Assembly (NCBI RefSeq): GCF_963921235.1
Contig: NC_086097.1
Span: 86,492,001 to 86,552,000 of the forward strand
Direction of reading: 5' to 3'
Source of the DNA: Mobula hypostoma
Taxonomy: Eukaryota
Length of the DNA: 60,000 bases
A program made the translations under genes and the position numbers. Shown here one piece after another: positions 38,087 to 51,474 of the stretch; positions within the stretch are counted from its first letter, which is position 1; each line of letters starts with the position of its first letter. A model generated the notes under the pieces. It ran no database searches. It worked only from the letters and a program-made list of their open reading frames with translations, and had not been told where the DNA came from.

Positions 38087-41000
38087 GTTTTCTATGTTTA
38101 TTACCCCTCAACCGTCAGGCTTTTGAACCAGTATGGATAACTTCTTTCAACTACATTGAACTGTTCCCACAACCTTCAAACACTTTCAAACACTTCTCAT
38201 GTCATGATCTTGATATTTATTGCTTATTGTTTTCCTCTTTTTTGTATTTTCATAGTATGTTGGCTTTTGCACAATGGTTGTTTGATACCATTACTTCAGT
38301 TCTAACCAAGTAATTTCTCAGCAAATAATGCACATCTTTGATAGGCAAATGTACAAGTGAAGAACACCACTAATGGTAACACAGACAGTGACCGAGTCAC
38401 ATTCCAAATCATTGTATGGAATGGAATGAGGAATTTACTGCCACTAATAGTTTAAACTGTGCTCCTGCATTCAATCAGCTACTTGGAAAGAAATTCAATA
38501 AATGTCCCAATATCAATATCACCTTGGTGTGGAAACAGAGACCATCACAAGATCCAGCTGAATGAAGTAGAGAATGTTGCAGTTGTCGGCTACGAGCACC
38601 GGATTATGTCCATTAAAATTTCAGCCCACCTTCATTGCTGCAATGTGATTTTGAGAATTACCCCTGACGTTCTGATCATTTGGGTTTTCCCAAAGGCTCA
38701 GGCCAGGATAGTGGTGTATTATTACTGGCCACAATAACATGTCAACATGGTGGACTTTTGCAAAGCAAATTAAGTGATTTGATCAGACCTGCTCCATTAA
38801 AACTGATCCCTTCACTTGATGATACTGATACCCTCACACTTTATTATTGTTACATGTACTCAGATACAGTGAAAAGCTTGTATTACATACTGTTTATACT
38901 GATCAAATCATTATTCTGTATTGTTATTGTTTAACCTTGATCTATCTTAATGCACTGTGTAAAGTGTAAAACCGACAGAGAAGTGGAGTGCAAGTAGGCA
39001 ATAAAGTGCGAGGTAGATTGTGAGGTGAAGTGTCCACCTTATCATACGAGAAGTCGACTCAAGATCTGCTAACAGTGGGACAGAAACTGTCCTTGATCCT
39101 GGTGGTCTGTGCTTTCAGACTTCTGTGTCTTCTTCTTGATGGAGGAGGGTGGGTGGTGTCTTTAATTATACTAGCTTCTTTACTGATAAGCTAGAAATAT
39201 AGACAGAATCCAGAGGGGGGCGGGGAACTACCATGATGTACTGAGTTGTGTCCACAACACTCTGAGTTTCTTGAGGTCATGTGCAGTAGATCAGGTCACA
39301 AATACCTCTTAATCATCATGCATTTTTTTCCCACTCAGTTTCAGTGGCCTTACCCTGAAAAGGATTGCAAAGAAACTTCAGATGCATCGGCAAAAGAAAC
39401 TGTCCCACAATCTGCATGCCAGGAGGCTTTCTAGAGGTGTTAAGATGCTCAAGGTATGATTAGGACTAAAGACTGGTTAATTGGTCTGTAGAGATGACAT
39501 AAGGTGACCTCTCAAGCTTATTAAGCTTAAGTTCTTGGCACAGGATGGTAAAACTAACCTAACTCATGTTGAAATATTGGAAAGGGCTCTCAGAAGCCTG
39601 TGTACTATCTGGAGAACATCTGAAGGTTGTTCAGCTTGGGATGAAAATGGAAGCAAGCAAACCAGCTAAGATACAATTTCATATCAGGAAAATATTGTTT
39701 TTTTTTGTTTTCTTTGCCAAATGAACCTCAGGGGGTTCTCTTACATCAGTAAAAGAGATGAAGTGAACTTTTGTCAGAAGCATCTTTTACTAAAGCCATG
39801 GGTGGTTTGGTTGTCAACCACACTGTGATTAATGATAAAAGAATATAATTATTAAGTATGAAACATATATCATTAAAGGCAAGGTTTGGTGGAAGGCATT
39901 TAAAAATGCATACAAGGCGACCTAATCTTCAATAAGCAAACCACAGCAGAAGTTCACAGTAGTCTGATGTGTTGGACATTCAGGCGCCTCAAGTAGAGTA
40001 GAAACTTAACAACCACAATAATACACACAGCGTTCCCTTAACTTGTAAAGGAACTTCTTTCAGCAAGAGAAGGAATAAAGCACAATGCAATCTGAACAAT
40101 GTGAGTTAAAGCAACAAGGACACTGGTTTCAATGCCTGGGCCGCAGCCAAACAGGCACAGGCGCTAAGCCAGGATTTCAAGCCTTTTTTCATGGCACCTG
40201 TTTGGGTCACTAATTCCTGGAACTGAAAAGTTTTTTCTCTTTTTCTGCTTAGCAGCAGGCAGTCTGTGGTGGACCAGCGCACAGACTGTTGTCCAAAGCT
40301 AGGAGAACAACCTTGTTAAATGCTGCTAGTCAGCTGAAACCATTGGCCCAGATAATCAGAAATATATTGCAGCTTAACTTCCAAAAAATTCTTTTCATCT
40401 TTTCTTTTTGCAGTTAAATAACGGTGCCTATTTCTCCTTGGAGTTATTATAGTTCTGTGAACTTAACCTGTCAGTTTAATAAAAGCAAGAAAAACAAGTT
40501 CACAGTCCATTTGCGAGTAAGAGCTATGTTAAAAAGGCAAAATCAACTTATTTTTAAAAAATCATTCCCTGGAGAGGAAGTCATTGGAAACCCACCCCTT
40601 TTCACCCATTTCCATCTGTCATTAAGAAAGCTAACTTGGTGATGGGCTGCCATCTAAAACAACTGTAGTCCTTCAAATGAAGGTGTCCCAATATTATTTG
40701 GTAGACATACCAATATATTTCTAATTCAGGACAGGGCAACTTGGCAATATACTGTACTTGGAAGTAGTGGTATTCATGCTTTCTTTCCTGCCCTTATACA
40801 TAACAATCAAAGTCACAGGTTCTGTCAAAGAAGTAATGACAAGTTTTTTTTGTAAAAGAGAATATACTGCAGCCTCTGTGCCACAGAAGGGGAGGGAATA
40901 ATTCTTTAAGGGACAACAATGGGTAACAATCAAATAGAATGCCCTCAACTACATCTTGCCCATACTTTCACCTCTTCTTCTTCCTGCAGAGCAAGAATAC

Positions 41001-41239
41001 AGTTCCTCTGCCCCATTCAGTCTTCACATGCAATGGATCTTCCTTGACAATTCACGCCTTTCCTCTCCTCTCCCATTTAAGCATTCCCAAGGTACTATTT
41101 CCTTTGTGCCTCCGTATTACAGTTTATTGATAGAAGCATAAAAATATACAGCACATAAACAGTCTCATCTCATCCATACTAATTGCGATGCCTATTTATG
41201 TGAATCCCATTTGCCAACATTAGGTCTAAATCCCTCTAG

Positions 41240-41445
41240 ACATTCAAAATGCTGGAGGAACTCAGCAGGTCAGGCAGTATCTATGGCAGGAAATGTATAG
41301 TTGACGTTTTTGGCCAAGATTCTCATCAGAACCCTTCAGTAGCCTGCAACATCTGTTATTTCCCTGCTGCCTGACCTGCTGAGTTCCTCTAGTATTTTGT
41401 TTCAGTTGCTTTAGATTCCCAGCATCTGCAGAATCCCTTGTCTTT
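41240..41445. mobile_element. Short inverted-terminus Penelope derivative within an old CR1 (~41130-41960, minus strand)
   Basis: caaaatgctggaggaactcagcaggtcaggcag ... ctgcctgacctgctgagttcctctagtattttg form an inverted pair. Confidence 0.65.
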
Positions 41446-42491
41446 CTTTACACATTTTCCTGTCCAAGTACTTGTCTAAATGACTTTCAAACATTGCAAT
41501 TGCATCTGCCTCTGCCTCCATGACCAAATTTCCCCTCTCACCTTAAACCTGTTCCCTCTACTTATGGGCTTCCCTACCCTGGGGAAAAAAAATCCTGAGT
41601 ATCTATCCTTTCTATGCCACTCATAATTTTAAGCCTTTGTAATGGCATGCCTCAGCCTTTTATCTACAGCATTCCATTCTGGTACTGTGGTGATTAGAAC
41701 TGCACACATTACTCCAAATGCAGTTTAACCAAAGCTTTGTTCAACTGTAAAATTATGTCCCACCCCTTTATAATCAATGTCTCAACCTACAAAGGTAAGC
41801 ATACCAAATGCCTTTTCCACAACCCTATCCGTGTCGCCACTTTCAGGGTACATTGAACTTACACTCCAAAACCTCTTGCGTCCATCAATGCTCCCTAGAT
41901 CACTGCTATTTACTCTTGATTTCCTAAAGTTCATTATCTTGCACTATTTGGAATTAAATTCCATCCACCTTACTTTGCAGCTGAGCTATCTCTCACTTTA
42001 TCTTCAGGTATTTCTTATAACTTCATCAATCTTCCTTTCCCCCTCATTAGAATTAACCACATAACTGTCACCTTACAGCTTCACTCCCCTGCAAGCAGGA
42101 CCCAAATAATCTTTCCAGGTAGAACAGTAATTCTTCCATTCTATCGTTCTGGATTTGGTTTCCTCTACTGTGGAGCAACTAAACATAGATTAGGCAACTG
42201 CTTTGCGGAGTACCTCAGCTCAAGTCACAGGACACACCTTGAGTCTCCAAATGTCTGCCACTTTATCTGACCACACAATTTCCACTCTAGTTTGTCCCAA
42301 CTTTCTGCACAGTTATAAGTTTAGGGAACAGCTCGTGTTGGACCTGGACATGTTGCAATCTTCCAGCCTTGATATTGAATGCAACAATGTGAGGTAACTC
42401 ACTTTCTCTAACTGGCCAGTTCTGCCATGGGTTATCCATCTACAGTGTCAGCTTATTTTCTATCAGCTCTACATTTCCCAGACTATTCATA

Positions 42492-42494
<3 letters not shown>

Positions 42495-42578
<84 letters not shown>
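42495..42578. repeat. (GT)~20-ata-(CA)~17 self-complementary microsatellite
   Basis: Read directly from the sequence. Confidence 0.95.
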
Positions 42579-42861
42579 GTATCTCCCTTTCTCTGTCTGC
42601 CTCATTTCAGGATTACATTGCTTGTTCATACTCTCTCTCTCCTCCTGTTACACTCTGTGTGGCTTTCAATAGCTGATCAACCAGATTAATTTATCAACAG
42701 TTCCAAAATCTTTCAAAGATATTCAGTTTGTACAATCCTACTTAAAATGAACATATTTTAGACCAAACAACAGGAATTCTGCAGATGCTGGAAATTCAAG
42801 CAACATACATCAAAGTTGCTAGTGAACGCAGCAGGCCAAGCAGCATCTATAGGAAGAGGCG

Positions 42862-42903
42862 CAGTCGACGTTTCAGGCCGAGACCCTTCATCAGGACTAA
42901 CTG
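42862..42903 (-). ncRNA. Minimal type I hammerhead ribozyme motif with intact core and GUC cleavage triplet
   Basis: Minus strand reads caguuAGUC-CUGAUGA-agggucucggccu-GAAA-C-GUC-GACUg. Stem I AGUC/GACU, short stem II, palindromic ACGU stem III. Confidence 0.78.
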
Positions 42904-43602
42904 AAGGAAGAGTGAGTAAGGGATTTGAAAGCTGGAGGGGGAGGGGGAGATGCAAAATGATAGGAGAAGACAGGAGGGGGAGGGATAGAGCCGAGAGCTG
43001 GACAGGTGATAGGCAAAAGGGGATACGAGAGGATCATGGGACAGGAGGTCTGGGAATAAAGACAAGGGGGGGGTGACCCAGAGGATGGGCAAGGAGTATA
43101 TTCAGAGGGACAGAGGGAGAAAAAGGAGAGTGAGAGAAAGAATGTGTGCATAAAAATGAGTAACAGATGGGGTACGAGGGGGAGATGGGGCCTTAGCGGA
43201 AGTTAGAGAAGTCGATGTTCACGCCATCAGGTTGGAGGCTACCCAGACGGAATATAAGGTGTTGTTCCTCCAACCTGATGGCATGAACATTGACTTCTCT
43301 AACTTCCGCCAATGCCCCACCTCCCCCTCGTACCCCATCTGTTATTTATATACAGACATTCTTTCTCTCACTCTCCTTCTTCTCCCTCTGTCCCTCTGAC
43401 TATACCCCTTGCCCATCCTCTGGCTTTTTTCCCCCCTCCCCCTTTTCCTTCTCTCTGGGCCTCCTGTCCCATGATCCTCTCATATCCCTTTTGCCAATCA
43501 CCTGTCCAGCTCTTGGCTCCATCCCTCCCCCTCCTGTCTTCTCCCATCATTTTGGATCTCCCCTCTCCCTCCCACTTTCAAATCTCTTACTAGCTCTTCC
43601 TT

Positions 43603-43644
43603 CAGTTAGTCCTGACGAAGGGTCTCGGCCTGAAATGTCGACTG
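43603..43644 (+). ncRNA. Minimal type I hammerhead motif with a C-to-U change in stem III
   Basis: cagttagtc-CTGACGA-agggtctcggcct-GAAA-t-GTC-gactg. Confidence 0.68.
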
Positions 43645-44854
43645 TACCTCTTCCTAGAGATGCTGCCTGGCCTGCTGCATTCACCAGCAACTTTGATGTG
43701 TGATGCTGACTTTGGTCTATTTTATCAAATGTTTCTAAGATCCTTGAAACCTCACCCTTAACGATGGTTTCTAAATTTACACCACTACTGAAGTCAGGCT
43801 AATAGGCCTATATTTTCCTACCTTTTTTTGCCTCCCTCCCTTCTTAAAGACTAGTGACATTTGTGATTTTCCATTCCACTGGAAACATTCCAGATGTTTT
43901 AGTTTGCTTCCGTTGGTTTTTAAAAGCTTCCCAACCCTCTAGCTTCCTGAAAGTCTTTACAATATTATATGCCCTTACCTTTGCTTTTATGCTGTCCTTA
44001 ACTTTCCGCATGAGTCACGGTTGCCCGATCCACCCTCTAGAATGCTTACTTTTCTTTGAGATGAAATGATTCTGTGTCTCCTGAATTATTCCCAGAAACT
44101 CTTGTATTGCTGCTCTACCATCATCCCTACTCATGTTCCCTTCCAATAAACTTTGGCCAGCTCCTCCCCCAAGTTTCCATAGTTACCTTACCTTTACTCC
44201 GCTTTAGTACTAATAAATCCAAGTTTATGCACTCTCTCTCAACTACAGGAGGATTTCTGTTGCATTATAATCATTACCTCCTAAGGGTTCTTTTACCTTG
44301 AGCTCCTTATCCTTCTCTTTCTGTTCTGACAAAAGTTCTTCACCTTGAAAGGTTAATTGTTTTTCTCTTTCCACAGAAAGTAGTTGGGGTACTTCAACTG
44401 TTTTCTGTTTTGTAAAACATACATATTGCCTTGCATAGTGTTACACTTATTTAGTTTTGTTTGAGCTGCATGCATCCAGGAAGATGAAGACTACTCCATC
44501 ATGCCCCTGAATTGTACATTTCAGTTGGTGGCAAGTCTCTGGCTGTCGAGACAAAGGTCACTCACTACAGGATATTCTGACTAGAGATCTGGTATCAGCT
44601 TTCCTTTCATCAACTTTTGAAAACATCTTTGGAGAGCTTCTCTTCCTGCAACCATTTCTAGCTGAAGTATTATTACACCAAAATTTAGGGCTGCTTCAGA
44701 CTGCAAGAATATCAGTCACACGAATAGCACTTAACACGCCGGCTGGTGACATGAAGTCTTCCCAAAGATGGTGATAGGGAAAAGTCTTCACACTGCCTCC
44801 AGTGGCAGACATAAAGAGTCTGCTAACAAATTGTCCAGCATTTTCTTGCTGATT

Positions 44855-45418
44855 GAACTGCACGGCCAAACATTGCCTGGTTCAGAAATTGCACCATCTC
44901 GGATCGCAAGACCCTGCAGCAGATAGTGAGGCCAGCTGAGAAGATCATCAGGGTCTCTCTTCCTGCCATTACAGGCATTTACACCACACGCTGCATCTGT
45001 AAAGCAAACAGCATTATGAAGGATCCCACGCACCCCTCATACAAACTCTTCTCCCTCCTGCCATCTGGCAAAAGTCACCGAAGTATTCAGGCTCTCACGA
45101 CCAGACTATGTAACAGTTTCTTCCCCCGAGCCATCAGACTCCTCAATGCCCAGAGCCTGGACTGACACCAACCTATTGCCCTCTACTGTGCCTATTGTCT
45201 TGTATATTATTTATTGTAATGCCTGCACTGTTTTGTGCACTTTATGCAGTCCTGGGTAGGGCTGTAGTCTACTGCAGTTTTGTATTGTTTTCTGTAGTTC
45301 AGTGTAGTTTTTGTATTGTTCATGTAGCACCATGGTCCTGAAAAACGTTGTCTCGTTTTTCCTGTGTACTGTACCAGCAGTTATGGTCGAAATGACAGTA
45401 AAAAGTGACTTGACTTGA
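44855..45418 (+). mobile_element. Rex1/Babar LINE 3' fragment
   Basis: AEKIIRVSLP...KDPTHPSYKLFSLLPSGK...TTRLCNSFFPRAIRLLN, with a (TGACT)n tail. Confidence 0.85.
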
Positions 45419-45828
45419 ATATATGACGCACAATAGAAGCCTTGGATCACTGAGCAACTTCCAAAAATAAAATTGGTTAAGGAATGGCCAACTTTCACTC
45501 TGGCTATTCACAACACTGCTTAGGAATGTGCAAGGCGGGAAACCAAATCAACTCGCTATGGAGCCCTCCACTAAATAAATTATGGATATACTTGTTTACA
45601 TTCAACATAATCACAAGTAAGTAACAAATTGCTGGAGGAACTAAAAAGGCTGAGAAAGCTGATCAATATTTCAGGGATGACTTCAAATCCCTTTCACTTC
45701 ACAGACGCTGCTTCACTCACAAAGTTCATCCAGCCCTTAGTTTTTTTCTATTCCAGTTGCCAGTATCTGCAGTGTCATGTCTTCATAATTATTAACAGAC
45801 ACACTGTTACTGTACATGTCATTTCAAG

Positions 45829-46430
45829 GCAACACACAAAAAATGCTGGAGGAGTTCAGCAGGCCGCCCATTTCAATTCTACTTCCCATTCCCATTCCAA
45901 CATGCCAGTCCATAGCCTCCTCTACTGCCATGTTGAGGCCACACTCAGGTTGGAGAAGCAACATTTTATATTCCGTCTGGGTAGCCTCCAACCTGATGGC
46001 ACGAATACCGATTTCCCAAACTTCCAGTAATTGCCCCCCTCCCCCTTCCCCATTTCTGTTTCCCTCTCTTACCTTAACTTCTTACCTGCCCATCACTTCG
46101 TTCTGGTGCTCCTCTCCTTCCCTTTTTTTCATAGTCTTCTGTCCTCTCCTATCAGATTCCCCATTTTCCAGCTCTTTTTTTCTTTCACCAATCAACTTCC
46201 CAGCTTTTTACTTCTCCCCCCCCTCCCAGTTTCATCTATCACCTACCACCTTGTACTTCCTCTTCTCTTCCCCCCACCTTCTTACTTTGACTTATCCTCG
46301 TCCTTTTCAGTCTGAAATGTCAACTGTTTTCAGTACTCTTTCCCATAGATGCTGCCTGGCCTGCTGAGTTCCTCCAGCCTTTTGTGTGTGTTGCTTTGGA
46401 TTTCCAGTATCTACTGATTTTCCTGTGTTA
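45829..46430 (+). mobile_element. Penelope-like 3' fragment with a short inverted 5' terminus
   Basis: HFNSTSHSHS...EATLRLEKQHFIFRLGSLQPDG. 13-bp TSD-like pair catg(t/a)catttcaa at 45815-45827 and 46434-46446. Confidence 0.8.
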
Positions 46431-49400
46431 TGGCATGACATTTCAATGTCACCTTAAAGTTTTGCTATTAAAATTATGAACTTCACATGCTGATTCTATC
46501 GATAATTTTATAACGCCTACGATAAGAATCTGGAAATGTATAGACTGAAATGGAAACACACGTGGTTAAATTACACAGCAAATCTCTCAGTAATTGCCTT
46601 AAGCATTAAAAGAAACACTTTTCTTTACAAGCAGTACTTGCACTTTAGATCTGCATTTTATGGCACAACTCCTCTTCATTCTGCTAAATTCTACCCAGTT
46701 CTGCGCCTCAGTGATGGCAAGATGATTTAATATTGCACTGCATATGTTTGCAGAGGTGTGGAATTTACCATTTAAGTAAAGCTGTGTCACTGAGCCATAC
46801 CCACTGTATCACTAGCCCTGTTCTCCGTAATGCAAATTGAGGCCAGCATTCTCAAGGGGTTTGAGCACCACTGTTGTTGGGTATGATTCCTGGTTCAGCT
46901 TCAACTGGAATCATCACTGCAGGGGTGAGACCAAGTGAGTCAGCCAACTGATGCCAAAGGCAGCCTCTCAAAGCTGATTCTTTAGTTTTTAAAACAAGGT
47001 CAGAACTGCAGGCTGGCTGAACTTTTGTGTTTATCCATAAAGGGCAGCCAAGAAGCTCCAAAAGGAACCTTTTACCATTTTTCTCCTCGCCTGTGCTTTC
47101 CAACAATGTCGCTTAAAGATTTTGAATCAATATATCAAAGTGTTTTATGTTCCACAAAACCCTGAAAGCACTGACACAGCACTTTAAAGGAAGCTTTTTC
47201 TCAATAGCTCTGAAACTAAACCAGCATAAATACATAACCAATTCTTATATATCAAGGCAATATGCAAAAAAGCAGGAAAGTCACTGAAAAGGATCTAGCT
47301 GAACTAGGGCACTTAGTGGTACATATTGTTTGACCTTTGCCTGCGACCTTTAGCTCTGTCATCTTCCATATCGTAACTCAACAGAAGACAATTAAGAATG
47401 CTATGGCATCCCGTGATTACCTACTTCCAGTCAAGGTGATGTCTGTATACAATGCTCCTTTGGTCAACATCTTCTGGATAGATCATGAAACCATATATTT
47501 CACTTGTTTTATGCCTTTTACATTTGCTATTTTTTTTGTCTTAAATCTGTGATTCTAGAACTGTTGGAGCCTGTGATTTGCTGTTTGGAGATTGTTTGGG
47601 TGTTGCAGAACTCTGCAGTCTCCAAAAGGGTTCTGGGAGGCAAAGGCAACGCAAGTGAATCTCATTGCGGGCAGGCTGCAGCAGGGCACGAGTCAATGTT
47701 CGACTCCATTTCACCAATTAAAACTTCCAGTATTCGCCAATTAAAGTAATAAAGGAGATTGAAATAACAAGGCAAATATGGAAGTTTGGAGATCGCTTGG
47801 GTGTTCCAGCGCTCTGCAGTCCCAGAGAAGATTCCAGGAGACAGCGGCAACGCACATAAACCTTGTAGCGGGGGCTACGGCTTTGAGTTCAAGCCAATGT
47901 TTGACTCCAATTTACCTATTAAAGCTTCCATTGTACACGGATTAAAGTGATGAGGGAGATTGAAGCATCAAGGCGAGTGCAGAGGGTGAGTGTCAACTGC
48001 CTGCTTTTTGAATGGTTGCTCTGTACCGGAGAGTGGTGAGCCTGCCGCTGTACCCGAAGAGTGTTGCCCAGGTTTTCTGCAATTTGGATGTGGACTTGGA
48101 CTATAGACACTTTTTTTTACAGTCTTATAGTTTTTTTTGTACTCTGTGTTTTTGTGCGGGGAGGGTTGTTCCAATTGTATTTGTCTTTTTGAGCAAGAGG
48201 AGGGATTTGGGGATTGATAATCATGCTGGCTTTCCTTTCTTTCGTGTTTTCTTGGCTACCCAAAGTAGAAGAATTTCAGGGTTGTATACTTTGATAATAA
48301 ATGAACCTTTGAACAGTGGGGCTGGCACCATCACTCCAGAGTGAATGGGATTTAAAGAAATCAAATCAAGTACTGAAAGGGGAGAAGGAAATATGATGAA
48401 AAAGAATGAAAAAAACAGGAGGAAAAACGTAATATTTTGTCTGTATTATCAAAAGTTGTCATCAATTTACAATGCTGAATAATAGTGTTGAACTACTAAA
48501 CAAGGAAAGCTTCCTTTCCAGGCCCAGAGAACTTAATTAGGCTTAACAGTTGTTAATATTGGAGCTGCCGAAAGTCAGCTCTGACTTTCTGCAAGATGCT
48601 CTATCGTCGAAATATATTCATATCCAGCAAGTTCTCAGAAATAATGATGTGACCAAACACATGATGCCTTTCATATAAAGTAGCTTGTTTCTAGAGATTC
48701 ACGGCATACAGCATCCCACAATACCCTGAATTTATCATCCAATTTGTTCGTTAACAATGGTATATGATGATATTTTGAGAGACAGCAAAAAAATCAATTT
48801 TCCTTAGGAACTTTGATGCCTGAGTTTGAAAGGGAACAAATCTATGAAAAAGTGATATTTGCAAGGGCGAAGGAAAGCCAACTCTTTTTAAAAGAGTCAC
48901 CTTCCTAATGAAGTGCTTGGAGTACAACAGTCTCAATAGACAACACCCTGTTTCATCAGAGATTTGATTACAATACTTCCTGACACCACACTTAATACGA
49001 GCAGTGGCACCTGCTACCTTATGTCATTCCACTACTGAGAACTGTAAAGATGTGAACATCAATAACACCATTACAGGCATCAACGACTGCTGAATACAAT
49101 TCTCCTAATCTGGTCCTGGCAAAGAAAGCTTTTCAGCATCTCAAAAAGAGTCATTAAGCTGCAGAACATACAGAGTGCTCATGGTGCCCAATCTGTCCTG
49201 AGGTCCAATAAACACCAATACAATCTAATGAGATAGACCAGGAGACCTAAACACTGATTACCAGTAAAAACAAAACACTCTTAAATGGAAACACCACCAT
49301 GTCTCAAAAGGAAATCTTCAGACCTATCAGTAGTTAGAGGCTGACCAAACAAAATGAAATGCCTCACAACCTAAAGTACAAATGGTGATTTGGAAAAGCA

Positions 49401-51331
49401 TAGCAAAGCAATTGGTTGATAAATATGATATTGTACAAGACTGCCAAGGCTGAAGCATCCAAGGTAATTATTAAGAGAGTTTGTCAAATGGGGGCAAACA
49501 TACTTGCTAGATAAAGAATTTGGGAGATTTCCTGAATTGAGAAGGTCTTTCACATGAACATATTTGACTCCATCGTATAGTACACTGTTCATGGCAACAT
49601 AATACCACTATAGCCCAGGTGGAAACTGACATCAAACAGCTGAAAAATAACTAGACCCAGGGAGCAGACAAAAATCACTGCTGAACTACCAAACCACGCC
49701 ACAGGAGTACTTCTCGCACAAATTTATTACTTTGCCTTCCTCACCTGGGAAGAGGAGAACTTGTCAGGGTCTCAGAGACAGCACAATTGAGGTAATCTTC
49801 AGGACAGGAACCAAGTTCAATTGTGATATTGCAGACGAATGTCCAAAATGTCTGTCACTGGGCAAGTCTTCACATGGACCTTTCTCTGTAGCCTTCCCGT
49901 AGTGGCTAAGCAGGTCCCTTGAGAGACACAACATGGATTCATCAAAGATCATTTGATAAATCCAAGCAAAATATAGGAAGCAGCACAATTGCCATATATG
50001 ATCTTTCTCAACCATCAGCTAAAAGGGTTCTGGGGAATCCTCCTTAAAGCTAGATACACGCAGAAACTCAGTATCATGGTATGTTAGTGATGATATAACT
50101 GACAGGTCCATGATAGATCCAATCCTAGAGCAGGCTAGAGACACCGGTTGCATTATGTAATTACTTTTTTCATTCTTCTACACTAGAATTTTGCACCTCA
50201 TCTTCAACAAGCTTCTCACTGGAGTTGTGCAGATCTGAAGGATTGACAGTAGCATCCAACTTTTGTGACTTCCACTCCTGGACCAAGATCACTCCAATAT
50301 CAATCATATGCAAGTGACATTTCTGTATGTGCACATTCAGAGGCTAAGCTTTACAAAGATTCCTTCACTTGAGTATAAAAAGGATGGATCTTACATTAAA
50401 CATTCAAAAGACAAAAGACTTTTATCAACCTTCCCATCACACAACACTGGCCCCAGCAGAAGTCAAACAATGAATCACCTTCCATACCACAGGAGTCACC
50501 TCTCAGTAAAGACCAGACATCAGAGACAAAAATCCACTATTATTTGTAATGTATTAGTATAATCTTTGGCCAACTGATGGAAAGCATCTGCAAAGATTAA
50601 GACCTCAAACTGGCACAGGTTCATGATTGAGTAACCATCAATGATCTCTACCCTGCTACAAGCTTTAAAGATAAGAATAAGTAATAAATTCTGTTTTTTT
50701 TAAACTGGTTGAAGTCACCTTACACCATTTTGAATCAGCACAACCTGAACTGTAATTGGAGCACAGCAGACTTAAGCATTTTACAAACTAACCAAGATTA
50801 AACATGTTTCCAGGACTATGACAAGTTCCGAACTGTCACACATCTGCAAGTCTGTATTTGCAATGCCATGTTACTATTTTGGAGACTAATCCAATTACTC
50901 AGACCTAAAACTTAATGAGTGTATTTGTCTGGTGTGCTTTGGATAACTCATTTCCCACTGCAAAATCAACCACTAAAGCAAGCTGGAAGCAATGGTAAAA
51001 ATTTAATGAACTCAGCATCACAAGGATCAGCAAAAGTTCCTTCCAGTAAAGGACCTGGCTTTCACTGGTGCCACTTTCAGACTGACATCCTGTAGCAAGG
51101 TAACAACACAAAGAACCAGGCAGTTATTTTACAAGGTCACTTCCCTCAAACAATCAACAGAACTTCTGCAGCACAGAACGTGAGTTGACATTCCAGGAGT
51201 TTTACATTTGGTATTTGTATTTCACAGTATAGGCTGAGTTATCCAGTGTCAGACATGTTCACAGATGCTATATCACCCAGCAAGCTGCTGCCTGCCCTAC
51301 CATCTTCTTCCACAGCATGTCCATGGGTCAT

Positions 51332-51474
51332 AGAAACATAGAAACATAGAAAATAGGTGCAGGAGTAGGCCATTCGGCCCTTCGAGCCTGCACTGCCATT
51401 TATTATGATCATGGCTGATCATCCAACTCAGAACCCAGCCTTCCCTCCATACCCCCTGACCCCTGTAGCCACAA
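51332..51474 (-). mobile_element. Short young CR1 3'-end insertion
   Basis: (TTTCTATG)n tail and a 7-bp TSD gggtcat at 51325-51331 and 51475-51481. Confidence 0.85.

Larger units (their letters stand above)
42767..43702. mobile_element. Palindromic Penelope-like element, copy P2
   Basis: Left arm ~42767-43275 (minus) and right arm ~43267-43702 (plus) are joined at cctccaacc. Outer termini are the same as in P1. Confidence 0.9.

Noticed and set aside
37798..38313. 171-aa ORF
   Set aside because: It spans a SINE in antisense plus a Rex 3' remnant, and has a low-complexity start.
42759..43720. tagaccaaa / tttggtcta inverted match in the P2 flanks
   Set aside because: It is only 9 bp and the right side belongs to an adjacent CR1 remnant. 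No clear direct TSD was found for P2, so I draw no conclusion.
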